Positions 9,132 to 22,300 of a stretch of DNA of 64,000 bases are shown in pieces. Positions within the stretch are counted from its first letter, which is position 1. Each line of letters begins with the position of its first letter. A program made the position numbers and the translations under genes. The stretch lies in contig JAHPZH010000001.1 in assembly GCA_019058315.1 (NCBI GenBank), positions 213,566 to 277,565 of the forward strand, read 5' to 3'. The notes below the pieces were generated by a model. The model saw only the letters and a program-made list of their open reading frames with translations. It searched no databases and was not told the DNA's origin. Source of the DNA: Candidatus Helarchaeota archaeon. GTDB taxonomy: Archaea; Asgardarchaeota; Lokiarchaeia; Helarchaeales; RDOG01.

Positions 9132-9779
9132 TTATTTGCCAGATAGTTTTTCAGTCTTATTTTTTTCCTTAACAGCTTCAGTCTTTTCTTTATCTTCTTC
9201 TTCCTCAATATAAATATCTTCAAATTCACATTTTATTAATGGAGCCCCTATAAAATTATGTATATTTTCTGCTAAATTATTTAATTCATCCATACCCTCA
9301 GAATCATAATGTGAATCTATTGTAATTTTTTTATTTTTATGTAAAATTGAGAGCGTAATATAATCACTGTCTGGTTCTTGCTCCACTTTTATTTCTGAAA
9401 TTTCAGAAAATGGAATTTTTTTTAAAAATTCTTTTCTCAGAAATTTAGTATTTCTTATAAAATTGACTTCTTTTTTGAATTTATCAAAAACTATTTTATT
9501 CGTCTCTATTAAATTCTTAAAAGCACCGTAAATACTAAATAAAATGAAATCAACAAAGAAAATAGTTCCTAAAAATAAAAAAGTAGAATTTGCTAAGATT
9601 TCAGTAAAAGTACTGCCTAGATATATCGTTTCTCTATTAATTAAATTTAAAATGCTTAAAGAAAATAAAACTAATAATATTATACTTGTCAATAGAAGTA
9701 GTATATATTTAATATGAGATTTTTTAGATTTGAATAGTTCTAACTGACTTTTATTATCTTTTATAATCATTCTCAACAA
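9132..9779 (-). CDS. Membrane protein, 2 TM helices plus soluble PH-like domain
   Basis: Two hydrophobic helices followed by KIVFDK...IPFSEISEIKV, a beta-rich segment resembling bacterial PH domains; charged tail. Confidence 0.55.
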   Translation of the reverse strand: MLRMIIKDNKSQLELFKSKKSHIKYILLLLTSIILLVLFSLSILNLINRETIYLGSTFTEILANSTFLFLGTIFFVDFILFSIYGAFKNLIETNKIVFDKFKKEVNFIRNTKFLRKEFLKKIPFSEISEIKVEQEPDSDYITLSILHKNKKITIDSHYDSEGMDELNNLAENIHNFIGAPLIKCEFEDIYIEEEEDKEKTEAVKEKNKTEKLSGK

Positions 9780-9827
9780 TCTAATTTTAATTTGTAATAA
9801 TTTATTCCTAAATGATAATTAAAAAAT

Positions 9828-10439
9828 TTAGCTATAATATGGTTTGATAGTTTGAATTAATAAGTATCCAAATAAAATAAAGAAAACAGCTATCCCAACT
9901 AAATCATAATAGCTTAAAAACTCAACGCCAATTGGGATTCCCCAACCATTATTCATGAATATTGACCATAAATCATGGTCTCCATAAAGAAGCGGTCCCC
10001 ATGGAGGTAGCCAGAACTCACTTGCCCAACTCCCACCTGGAATGGGTCTCCATCCTGCAAGTAAACCCCATTCAGTGATTGTATCGAAAGGTCCTAGAGG
10101 AGAAATTGAATTATCTAAAAAATCAACAAACACTCCCATTGAATATCCAGCAAAAAAAGGTAAAGATAATGGGTTTTCTCGAAAAATAATAAATGCGAAT
10201 AGAGCTACAACAGCTATAGCAAAAAATGTATGTGTTACTATATGATGAAAAGTATATGGATGAAGCCCTAAAATTATGCCTGGAATGACATCTAAATCTG
10301 GAAGCAAGCCAGCAAAAAGCCCTACCCACCAATATTTCAATCGGTTTTCAGCTCTTTCACCAACATCGTTTAATCTATATCTTAATATTGCCTCAGCAAA
10401 TAAGATCCCAACTGCCATGTGGGTAAAAAATGATGTCAT
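9828..10439 (-). CDS. Membrane-bound metal-dependent hydrolase (YdjM-like)
   Basis: FTHMAVG, LLPDLD, HHIVTHT motifs among TM helices. Confidence 0.8.
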   Translation of the reverse strand: MTSFFTHMAVGILFAEAILRYRLNDVGERAENRLKYWWVGLFAGLLPDLDVIPGIILGLHPYTFHHIVTHTFFAIAVVALFAFIIFRENPLSLPFFAGYSMGVFVDFLDNSISPLGPFDTITEWGLLAGWRPIPGGSWASEFWLPPWGPLLYGDHDLWSIFMNNGWGIPIGVEFLSYYDLVGIAVFFILFGYLLIQTIKPYYS

Positions 10440-10532
10440 GATTTTTCACCTATTCTACAAAAATGAATTGTATTTTTTAAGGTATCCACATAATTTCTAA
10501 ATAGTCAAATAATTAAAATTGAGATTTTATCG

Positions 10533-11318
10533 ATGAAAAACATTCAAGATAAAAGATTATTAGGAAAAGTAGCACTGATAACAGGAGCTGGTAGCGGAAT
10601 AGGAAGGGCAACAGCAATTCGTTTTGCAAAGGAAGGAGCAAAAGTAATTGTTAATGATATCGATGAGGAAGGTGCAAATGAAACTGTAAAAATGATTAAA
10701 GACATAGGTGGGGAAGCATTTCCAGCGATTGCGGATGTTTCTAATGAAGAAGCAGTAAAAAATATGGTTGACTTTGCATATGAAAAGGGCGAAATTGATA
10801 TTTTATTTGCAAATGCAGGAATTGGTGATTATAATCCTTTTTTAAGAACAAAATTTAAATTCTGGGACCGGATGTTTAAGATTAATTTTTTTGGAGTAGT
10901 CTTTGTAGCACGAGAGGTAATAAAACGTATGCAAAAACGAGAAGTCCCTAATGATCAATTAAGAGGTAAAATAATTATTACTGCTTCTGGTGCAGCTAAG
11001 GAGCCACAAGCCAAGATGAGTGCATATAGTGCATCAAAGGCTGCTTTAGTTGCATTAACTATTTCACTTGCAAAAGAATTTGGCAAGAAAAGAATTACTG
11101 TGAATTGTATATGTCCTGGAACGATTTTAACTCCTATGTATGGAGAACAAACAACTAAAGAACAACTCAAAGATCTAGATGGACATGTACATTTAGAGCA
11201 TAAACCAGTTGGTGACCCAGAAGATGTTGCAAACTTAGTTTTTTTTCTCGCTTCTAGCGATTCTGATTATATTTCGGGACAAGCAATCAATGTAACGGGT
11301 GGTATGATCTTCCATTAA
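10533..11318 (+). CDS. SDR-family oxidoreductase (FabG-like)
   Basis: TGAGSGIG, ANAG, YSASK catalytic motif, VNCICPG. Confidence 0.92.
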   Translation: MKNIQDKRLLGKVALITGAGSGIGRATAIRFAKEGAKVIVNDIDEEGANETVKMIKDIGGEAFPAIADVSNEEAVKNMVDFAYEKGEIDILFANAGIGDYNPFLRTKFKFWDRMFKINFFGVVFVAREVIKRMQKREVPNDQLRGKIIITASGAAKEPQAKMSAYSASKAALVALTISLAKEFGKKRITVNCICPGTILTPMYGEQTTKEQLKDLDGHVHLEHKPVGDPEDVANLVFFLASSDSDYISGQAINVTGGMIFH

Positions 11319-11367
11319 TTCACTTTTTTCTATATTATTTTAATAAAGAAAAAAATTAAAAAATTTA

Positions 11368-11844
11368 TTAAAAGAAATATTTTCGAAGTCTAGTATATAA
11401 TTTTTGAAATCCAAGTTTTTCAGAAATTTCTAAAGCTTTTGGAGTATCATCACGTATATTAGTATCGATATAAATAACTTTATTCGTCTTGAAAAAATCA
11501 TGTGCTTTCAAAGCTAATTGGTAACCTATTTTTTTTCCCCGATATTTAGGTTTTACATGCCAAAGTGAAGTTCTTCCATATTTCCTTCGAAGATTATCTG
11601 TTTCTATCTCTGCTACAATCATCCCAGCAATTTCCTTATTCTCTGTATCTTCCGCACAGAAGATGTTTAAATTTCTATATTCTAGATCTTTAATTTCTAA
11701 GCCAAGAAAATAACTTTCTAACAAAGAAAACCACAGAGGTTCATAGAAAGGCTCTTTTAGACTTTCGACCATCTGTTTCGCAAGTTTTGTGACTTGCTCC
11801 TTATCTTCCATTCTTACTTCTCTAATTATGATTGTCAATTTCAA
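11368..11844 (-). CDS. GNAT-family N-acetyltransferase
   Basis: VKPKYRGKKIGYQL acetyl-CoA motif A; EKLGF. Confidence 0.85.
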   Translation of the reverse strand: MKLTIIIREVRMEDKEQVTKLAKQMVESLKEPFYEPLWFSLLESYFLGLEIKDLEYRNLNIFCAEDTENKEIAGMIVAEIETDNLRRKYGRTSLWHVKPKYRGKKIGYQLALKAHDFFKTNKVIYIDTNIRDDTPKALEISEKLGFQKLYTRLRKYFF

Positions 11845-11986
11845 TCCTCTTTTTTTATATCCTAATTAAAATTATTTAAAGCATATAAAAATTTTAATTA
11901 ATATGTAATTAAAGATTAAAAATTAGTATTCTTTTTTTATAAAATGAGCTTCTGGGTAAATAAAAAAAAAGAAATTAATAAATAAA

Positions 11987-13180
11987 TTATTTTGCTTCTT
12001 CGTTTTCGATTATTACGGCTGTACCTTGTCCGCCACCCACACACATGTTTGCGCAACCATATCTTGCTTTTTCCAATTTCAATATTCTGGCTAAAGTACC
12101 AACCAATCTAACACCACTCATTCCGAGAGGGTGTCCAATTGCGCATCCTCCACCTTTAACGTTTACTTTATCAGGATCGATGCCAAGTTCATCTATAGCG
12201 TATAATGCAACAACAGCAAAAGCTTCATTAATTTCCCAAAAATCTATATCTTTTGCTTCTAGTCCTGCATTTTTTAAAGCCATTTTAGACGCTGGGACAG
12301 GTCCCTTTCCCATTACGCTTGGATCAACACCAGCCCAACCAATGGATAAGATAGTCGCGAGAGGTTTTAAATTACATTCTTTTGCTTTTTCACGGGACAT
12401 AAGCAGAACTGCACCTGCACCAGCATTTAAAGGAGAAGAATTTCCTGCGGTGATAATTCCTTTTCGTTTAAAAGCAGGTTTTAAGGTTGCAGTTTTTTCA
12501 TAAGTAGAACCTCTGCGAATGGCTTGATCATACTCCACCACTTTTTTAGTTCCATCTGGTAATTCAACTTCTATTGGTAAAATTTCATCTTTAAAATATC
12601 CTTCATCTAATGCCTTCTCAGCCAGGTTATGTGCCCTCGTACCCCATTTGTCCATTCTTTCTCGACTCATACCTACTTCAGCCGCTAATTTTTCAGCAGT
12701 TAATCCCATATTCATTCCAGTTGCCCAATCTACATCTTTTCGTCTAACAAATGCATTCTGGTTTGGATTAATCCATTTATTTCCTACACCCATAGGGACT
12801 CTTGTCATGTGTTCGAATCCCGCAGCTATTCCAGCATCTATGTAACCTGATTTAATTCTTAAAAAGACATCATGAATTGCAGTCATTCCAGAACCACATT
12901 GACGGTCTATGAACATAGCCGGAACAGAAACTGGGAGCATACCAGCTAAAGAAACCGCTCTACCACCATATGTCCAATTCTCCCATACTCCAAAGGCTGC
13001 ACCCATCGCACATTCTCCAATAATTGATGGATCTATTTTCGTTCTTTTCAATATCTCTTCTATGCATAAAAACGCTAATTCATCGCCCCTGATTTTATAG
13101 AACCAATCTCTTTCAGGTGCATTTGGTCTAGATCTCGATTGAGCCGTCCTAATATAATCTACAAGTACAACATCTGTCAT
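11987..13180 (-). CDS. Acetyl-CoA C-acyltransferase (thiolase)
   Basis: RQCGSG, EINEAF, GHPLG, CVGGGQG thiolase signatures. Confidence 0.95.
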   Translation of the reverse strand: MTDVVLVDYIRTAQSRSRPNAPERDWFYKIRGDELAFLCIEEILKRTKIDPSIIGECAMGAAFGVWENWTYGGRAVSLAGMLPVSVPAMFIDRQCGSGMTAIHDVFLRIKSGYIDAGIAAGFEHMTRVPMGVGNKWINPNQNAFVRRKDVDWATGMNMGLTAEKLAAEVGMSRERMDKWGTRAHNLAEKALDEGYFKDEILPIEVELPDGTKKVVEYDQAIRRGSTYEKTATLKPAFKRKGIITAGNSSPLNAGAGAVLLMSREKAKECNLKPLATILSIGWAGVDPSVMGKGPVPASKMALKNAGLEAKDIDFWEINEAFAVVALYAIDELGIDPDKVNVKGGGCAIGHPLGMSGVRLVGTLARILKLEKARYGCANMCVGGGQGTAVIIENEEAK

Positions 13181-13335
13181 TTTATTAACACCTTATTTAA
13201 TAATGTAGAATTGATATTTTTTTTAATTTTATCGTAAGGAATGCAAGGAGGATATATTAGTGTCTTTTATCAAATTTTTTTCTTTTAGAATCATGGATTT
13301 AGATACAATCTAGCTAAATCTTTTTAATTTAAATT

Positions 13336-16300
13336 TCAGGATTGGTATAATTTCAATATATTATTACAAATAGGACATTGATAGCTTCCCTTAATTGGAA
13401 CTTTGAAATATCGATTGCAATGTTCACAATAATAAATAACCTCTGTGCTGGGAGTTGTTTTTTTAAGATCTTCTGTAACTACTCTCTTATGAAGTTTTAA
13501 TGGTATTTGACATTTTTGACAGCTGTAATCCGCTATTTCAGATGCAGAAAAGATCTGTTTACAATTAGGACAATGATAATATAAAATTTCTTTTCTTTCA
13601 CCAACTTTTTGAACTTTTTCTTCATATTTTGGAACTTTTGGAGGTGGAATTTCCAGTTTAAACTCAGCTTTTTTTGTCTCAGCAGTTGGTTTCTGTTGTT
13701 TTGGAGTGATTTTAGGGAAAAATACTTCTTCTTCTTTTCTTTTCTTCGCAATAATTACTGCAGCTATTACTCCCGCCACAATTCCAATTATTAAGAGTAA
13801 AATCCAAGTTGAATCTTCTTGAGGAGGTAAAAATACTAAAGGTACCTCGGCTTTAGTTTTTGTTTTTATAGTTACGAAAATACTATTTGTAAAGTTTCCA
13901 TAATTTCCAGCTTCATCTATTGGTCGAATTCTGTATTCATATACTTCATCCGCTAATCCCGTGTCATTATATTGGTAAATGTTAAAATTTGTTATGTTAA
14001 TTATCTGCCATCCACTTGAACTTGTTCTTCTCCAGATTTCATATTGAACAGGACTATTATCTGTAGAAAAAGTCCAGTTCAAATTTACTACATTATCAGT
14101 TAAAGAAATATTCAAATCGCATAAATTTGTTACATTAGATGGTCTAATAGTATCGACTCTAAAATAAAATGTGAGATTGAAGTAATTTCCAGCTATATCA
14201 GAAATATTTAACTTGATTTCATAAACTTGACCTAATATATTGTCTATTATAGGAGTTGTATTGTAAAAAGCCCAACTCTCATTCGTATTTTGGTTCGTTG
14301 ACCATGAAGCACTGCTATTTCCTTCGTTTGGATAAATGTATACGTTAAAAAGCCCACTTCCCAAATCCAAAGCGGTCCCATTTAACCAAATATATAGGTT
14401 GAGTCCAATTAACGTCCCATTTTGTGGATTTGATAAATAAGCCCCAGGTGCACCTATTGGAGGTCCAATTTCAACTGAAATTAAACATCGGGTTATGTTA
14501 AAATTACCTACAATGTCAGTAGCATTAATCCAGATCTCATAAATTCCATCAGAACTGATTGGAGTGGAATTTCTAAAAGCCCAACTTTGATTTGTATTTA
14601 GATTAACAGTCCATGAACAAGAAGCGTTATTGTTTATAATTTCAATAGATTTAAGACCTGAGCCCAAATCAATTGCTGAACCATTAACCCAGATATTGGG
14701 TCCAGTTTGATAAATAGTATAATTAGTTGCTGAATCTTGTTCCAATAACTCAGGCGCGGTGTTATCTATGTTAAACCAAACAAAATCTGCTGTTGTTAGT
14801 CCTGCACTGTCAGTTACATTTACACGGATTGTGATATTTCCATCTGGAAGATAGGAATTATTATAAAATGAGTAATTACCTGACTGAGATCCTGTAGGAT
14901 TTAGGTTTATAACAAATCTTGAATCATTGATCATTACAGAGGCAATATTAGTACCTGTACCATTAGCCGTTCCGTTTATCCAGAAAATATTGCTAGCGAT
15001 ATCTTGACCATTAGTAGGATAAATAATAGTTATATTTGGATTTGAATTATCAATATTAAACCAAACAATGTCTAATGAAGTGAAACCTACAGTATCAGTA
15101 ATATTTACCTCGATAGCGATTATACCGTCTGGAATATAAGAATTATTGTAAAACGAAAAGTTACCAGATAAGGAACCTGTAGGATTTTGGTCAATGACAA
15201 ATCTTGAATCATTGATTATGACCGAGACGATGTTAGAGCCTGTACCATTTGCAGTTCCGTTCACCCAGAAAGTATTGCTGGCAATAACTTGTCCATTAGT
15301 AGGATAGGTGATAGAGATAGTTGGATTGCTATTATCAATATTGAACCAAATACTGTCTGATGTAGTAAGACCCGCAGAATCTGTCATATTTACTCGGATT
15401 ACGATTATTCCATCTGGAAGATAAGAATTATTATAAAACGAATAATTACCTGAGGCGAATCCTGTAGGATTTTGGTATATAACAAACCTTGAATCGTTGA
15501 TCATTACAGAGGCGATATTGGAACCCGTTCCATTTGCGGACCCATTAATCCAAATAATAGATCCAGTAATTACATCCCCATCACTAATAGGATAAGAAAT
15601 AGAAATTATTGGATAAGAATTATCAATAATGAACCATCGAACTAAGCTATATGAAATACCTCCTGTGTTATTAATTGATACATTAATAGCTATACGGCCG
15701 TCCGGTATAAAACTAACATTTTCAAATCCAAAAGCTCCAAATGGAGTTCCTGAAGGATCAATAGTTAAAGAAAATCGGCTATCATTAATCCAGACTGTAT
15801 CAATATTTGCCCCGCCCCCATTTGCAGTTCCATTAATAGTAATATTAACTCCTGTATCTATCTCACCATTTATTCCAGGATGATCAATATTAATACTTGG
15901 TCCAATAATATATGTAAACCAACGAATAGTAGAACTAGTTAAATTCGCCCAATCAGTTACATTTACCTCAACAGCAATATATCCTAGACTTATAAAACTA
16001 TTATTTGAGAAAAAGTAAGGTCCTGATGGGTTACCAGATGGGTTTAACGATATTGTGAATCTAGAATCATTAATCATTACTGATTGAATATTAGATCCCG
16101 TTCCATCTACCCATCCCTCAACTGTAACAATAGAACCAAAATCTGTTGTTCCATCAGGAAAAGGATGTGTTATGGTTATAGTTGGGTTTGTGTTATCTAT
16201 ATTAAACCAAACCGTATCCAGTGTGGTCATACCCGCAGTATCAGTGACATTTACTGTTATAGGTATTATACCATCAGGAAGATATGAGTTGTTATAAAAT

Positions 16301-19300
16301 GAAAAGATTCCAGATAAAGAACCTACAGGATTCTGATCTATGATAAATCTTGAATCGTTGATCATTAAAGTTGTTATATTTGATCCTGTTCCATTTGCAG
16401 TCCCATTAACCCAGAAATTGCTTCCTGTAGTTAATTGTCCATTAGAGGGATATGTTATGCTAATCATAGGATTAGTATTATCTATGTTGAACCAAATAGT
16501 GTCTAAGGAAGTAAGACCTACTGTATCTGTAATGTTTACTCGGATAGCGATTATACCATCTGGAAGGTATGAATTATTATAAAATGAAAAGCTTCCAAAT
16601 ATAGAGCCTACGGGATTCTGATCTATGCTGAATCTTGAATCGTTAATTATTACAGAGGCTATATTTGATCCTGTTCCATTTGCAGTCCCGTTAACCCAGA
16701 AATTGCTTCCTGTAACTACCTGTCCATTAGTAGGATAGGTGATAGAAATGGTTGGATTGGTATTATCAATATTGAACCAAATAGTGTCTAATGAAGTAAG
16801 ACCTACTGTATCTGTAATGTTTACTCGGATAGCGATTATACCATCTGGAAGGTATGAATTATTATAAAATGAAAAGCTTCCAAATATAGAGCCTACGGGA
16901 TTCTGATCTATGCTGAATCTTGAATCGTTAATTATTACAGAGGCTATATTTGATCCTGTTCCATTTGCAGTCCCGTTAACCCAGAAATTGCTTCCTGTAA
17001 CTACCTGTCCATTAGTAGGATAGGTGATAGAAATGGTTGGATTGGTATTATCAATATTGAACCAAATAGTGTCTAATGAAGTAAGACCTACTGTATCTGT
17101 AATGTTTACTCGGATAGCGATTATACCATCTGGAAGGTATGAATTATTATAAAATGAAAAGCTTCCAGATAAAGAACCTACAGGATTCTGATCTATACTA
17201 AATCTTGAATCGTTGATCATTACAGAGGCTATATTTGATCCTGTCCCATTTCCAGTCCCATTAACCCAGAAAATACTACCAACAATATCTTGACCATTAG
17301 CAGGATAGGTGATAGAAATGGTTGGGTTGGTATTATCAATATTGAACCAAACAGTATCTAATAGAGAAAGTCCTGAAGTATCGGTAATGTTAATACGTAT
17401 AGAGACTACACCATCTGGAAGGTATGAATTATTATAAAATGAAAAGTTGCCTGATAGAGAACCCATAGGATTTTGGTCTATGAGGAATCTTGAGTCATTG
17501 ATCATTACAGAGGCTATATTTGATCCTGTTCCATTTGCAGTTCCATTAACCCAAAAAATGCTTCCTGTAACCACCTGTCCATTAGTAGGATAAGTGATAG
17601 AAATGGTTGGATTGGTATTATCAATATTGAACCAAACAGTGTCTAATGAAGTAAGACCTACTGTATCTGTAATGTTTACTCGGATAGCGATTATACCATC
17701 TGGAAGGTATGAATTATTATAAAATGAAAAGGTTCCAGATAAAGAACCTGCAGGATTTTGATCAATAACAAACCTTGAATCATTGATCATTACCGAGACA
17801 ATATTAGAACCTGTACCACTTGCGGTTCCGTTAACCCAAAAAGTATTATTAGCTACATCTTGTCCATTAGTAGGATAAGTGATTGAGATAGTCGGGTTGG
17901 TATTATCTATGTTGAACCAAACGATGTCTATAGCAGTAAGACCTGCAGAATCCGATATATTAACTCTAATAGAAATGATTCCATCAAGAAGATAAGAATT
18001 ATTATAGAATGAAAAGTTTCCAGATAAAGAACCTGCAGGATTTTGATTTATAACAAACCTCGAATCATTAATCATAACAGAAACAATATTTGATCCTGTA
18101 CCATTTGCAGTACCATTCACCCAGAAATTGCTACCCGTGATTAGTTGTCCGTTAACTGGATAAGTGATCGAAATGGTAGGGTTAGAATTATCGATATTGA
18201 ACCATACTATGTCAAAAGCAGTGAGTCCTATTGTATCTGTGATGTTCACTCGGATAGCCATTATACCTTCTGGGATGTATGAATTATTATAGAACGAAAA
18301 GTCTCCAGATAAAGAACCTGCAGGATTTTGATCAATTACAAACCTTGAATCATTGATCATTAGGGAAACTATATTGGAACCTGTACCATTTGCAGTTCCA
18401 TTCACCCAGAAATTATTTCCCGTAACCACTTGTCCGTTGGTGGGAGAAATTATGTTAATTGTAGGATTATCATTATCAATATTGAACCAAACGACATCTG
18501 ATATAGTAAGACCTGCAGAATCGGTGACATTTACTCGAATTGCGATTATACCATCTGGTATGTATGAATTATTATAAAATGAAAAGTTACCAGATAAAGA
18601 ACCTGTTGGGTTTTGGTCTATAAGGAATCTTGAATCATTGATCATTACAGAAGCAATATTTGATCCTGTTCCATTTACTGTTCCATTAATCCAGAAATTG
18701 CTTCCTGTAGTTAACTGTCCGTTAGTGGGATAAGTGATAGATATAGTTGGGTAAGTATTATCGATATTAAACCAAATAGTGTCTAGTGCATTAAATCCTA
18801 CTATATCTGTAATATTTACTTGGATAGCGATTATACCATCTGGTATGTATGAATTATTATAAAATGAAAAGATTCCAAATAATGAACCAGAAGGATTTTG
18901 ATCTATAACAAACCTTGAATCATTGATCATTACCGAGACAATATTAGAACCTGTCCCATTTGCAGTCCCATTCACCCAGAGGGTGTTACCCGCTATATCT
19001 TGTCCATTTATAGGATAAGTAATAAAGATAGTTGGGTTGGTATTATCAATATTAAACCAAACGGTGTCTAATATGGTAAGTCCTACTGTATCTGTAATGT
19101 TAACTCGGATAGCGATTATACCATCTGGAAGATAAGAATTATTATAAAATGAAAAGTTTCCTGATAAAGAACCAACTGGATTTTGATCTATGATGAATCT
19201 TGAATCATTGATCATAACAGATGCAATATTTGAGCCTGTCCCATTTGCAGTCCCATTAATCCAGATATTGTTTCCAGTAACCACTTGTCCGTTAGTGGGA

Positions 19301-22300
19301 TATGTGATAGATATGGATGGATTCGTATTATCAATATTGAACCAAACTGTGTCTAATGTATTAAGTCCTGCATTGTCAGTAACATTCACTAGAATAGTGA
19401 TAATTCCATCTGGAATGTAAGAATTATTATAGAATGAAAAGTTGCCAGATAAAGAACCCGTAGGATTTTGATTTAAAGCAAACCTTGAGTCGTTAATCAT
19501 TACAGAAGCTATATTTGAACCTGTACCGTTTGCAGTTCCATTCACCCAGAAAATGTTAGCTGAAACATCTTGTCCATTAGTGGGATAAGTGATAGAGATA
19601 GTTGGGTCCATTGTATCTACTTGAAAATAGATCTCTTTCATAAAAATAGTATTAGCAGAATCATTTCCAAATATCTGCAAATGATAATTTTCATCATCCC
19701 AAATAAGTAAAGAATTGTTTGAAAAAAGAGTTCCATTCCATGTTAATGTATAATTTGCTGACCAACCACTGCCTGTATTATTTCTACACCAAACTTTATC
19801 GATAAATGATTTATTTTGAACTATAATTGGAAGTTCTTGATAATCATAAGTTATATTGGCTGGAAATAATAAAGTTAAAGGATTATAATAGTAAGAATCA
19901 TAATATATATCCCAATCACTTCCACTTCCCTGCCATACAAAATGAGTTTCCTCCTCATCAGAATCAATAGCTATATCTGGACCATAATCTGCTGTATAAC
20001 TTCTGGAAATATCTTGGGGTGTGCTAAAACTCCCAAAATAATTATTACTTTCATATATTTCTGAAACATCCTTGCTCCAAGTAATAAAAACTGAATTAGG
20101 ATCTGATAGAGTATCTAGAGCAATTGCAGAATAATGATCATTAGATGTAGGATCTTTAGATACATTTAATGGTTCTGAAGTGAAATCATTCATTGTATTA
20201 TTAATATAATAGATTTCATTATCTTGTGTGATATTACTGGACCAAGTGATATGAACTTTACCTGTAGAATCTAATGCAAGATCTGGGTTTTCATTCAAAG
20301 CGTTATATTGAGAAATATTTACTCCATTTGTTGAAAAATCACCAATTGAATTATTTTCATAAGTTAATTGAGTATGAGAAGAATTACCATACCCATATAC
20401 AACATGAATAGTATTTGTATCATCAATTGCCATAGCAGGTTGGATGACATTAGATACTGCTAAATTTGGTGAAATAGCTTCGGGTGAGCCAAAAGAACCT
20501 GCACTGTTATTATCACATCCAAGACCCCAGATAAAACCATCAGTTGCCCACCAAGCTACATATGCAGCACCGGATGAATCAACAGCAATTGTTGGAAAAA
20601 GATTATAGGGTCCTCCAGGGATTAAAACGGGTGTATTAAATTGGCCTCCTGTATTATTTGTGTAATATATATCAAAAGATCCAAAATCCATCCAGACTAA
20701 ATGAACTATGTTGAAGGCATCAATGGCAATATCTACCCACATTTGATCTGTTGTACTAGTAGTAACTTGTTGTTTATTTCCCAAATATCCATTTTTATTA
20801 TTATCATAGTAGATTTCATAGACACCAGTTTCATTACCATACCAAACGATGTGTACATTACCTTCTGAATCTAAAGCAATTCGTGGACGTTGATCATCTG
20901 CAAGATTATGAGAAATATTTAATGGAGGGGTAGCACCAATCACAAACCATTCCTCCCTTAATGCAACTTCCGTTGTAGACTCATTTGCAAAAACCTGTAA
21001 GTGATAAATCCCATCAGTCCATGAAATAGAATTATTTACGAAATGAGTTCCATTATACATCAAAGAAAAATTAGCGGACCAACCTCCCCCTGAATTATAC
21101 CTTAGCCAAGCTTGATCAACTTTACTATAATTACTTAAAACGATGTCTAGCTCTCTATGGAGATATGTATTATTTGTTGGACTTTCTAATACAACATAAG
21201 GTCCGTAAGTATCTACTGTAAAATTTTCAGATTTCTGTGTTAAATCAAATGAATTATTTCCAAAAACTTGAATTATATAACTTCCATCGGTCCAATCTAA
21301 ATTTGAACTATTTGTAAAAAAAGTTCCATTATAAGTTAAAGTATAATTATTAGACCAAATAATTCCATCCGTACTATTACGGAACCACATATTCGAGATC
21401 TCTGTTGTATTATCCACAATAACTGGAACAGTGCTTTGATAATAGCTCTGATTCTCGGGTGAAATGATATTAAAATTTGGTGCATTAATCGCATTTGTTT
21501 CAGTTACTTGTATAAAATAGGTAAAAGGGGCCAGATAAATAAAAGTCCCTTCTATTAGCAATCCCGTAATTTTATCATAGTAAGCGATATCTCCATCGGG
21601 ATGGTCTAATATCCAAACATCTAATATTAAACCAAGCGCATTTTTGGTGGTTTCTCCACTTACATTAAATTCTCTATTGCCTGAAGTATGCCCTGATATA
21701 TTAACCTTTTCTCCTAGACTAACATTATTATAAATCCAAAGCCAATCATCAGAATTTACCTGCCATGGACTGCCTCCTGTTGTTGAAGTTATTGTTCGAG
21801 ATCTATTATCAACTGTCCTAGTGTAATTATTCGTTCCCCCAAAATCGGTAATTGATTCATTGCATCTAAAAGAATTTCCTCCTAAATATTCATAGTATTC
21901 AGTTCCAGACCATGGAGTTCCTATAAAATCTCCAGACCAATTATAAGATAATCCATTAAACAAGACAGAAGGTGCAGGGACATATGCATTTACTTGGGGG
22001 CCACTATAATTTCCTATATTTGGCAATCCTACTTCATTGACTCCATCAGATGCATTAAAATAAAAATAATGATTACCAATCGTGAGAGTAGTGAAATATT
22101 CATAGATTACACCATCAATATAATTCAAATCTATTGGATTTTCTTTTGACATATTAAAAGTCTGTGAATCAATAGTGACGTTGACATAAATGGGTGGGTT
22201 GTTATCTTGGTCAGAATAATTAACAAAAAATCTAAAATTTGTAAATTCCGTGCCAATAGCAGGATCTACATTTCCATTAGTTAAATTTGGAGGATTTAAA

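Noticed and set aside
12045-13100. Plus-strand ORFs opposite the thiolase (likewise those opposite aor, the nucleotidyltransferase, GGGPS and the giant surface gene)
   Set aside because: Antisense shadows of well-supported genes, with no motifs of their own.
14765-19620. Repeat array as DGR template/variable repeats or CRISPR
   Set aside because: In-frame coding repeats whose differences are not adenine-specific; no reverse transcriptase or cas genes seen.
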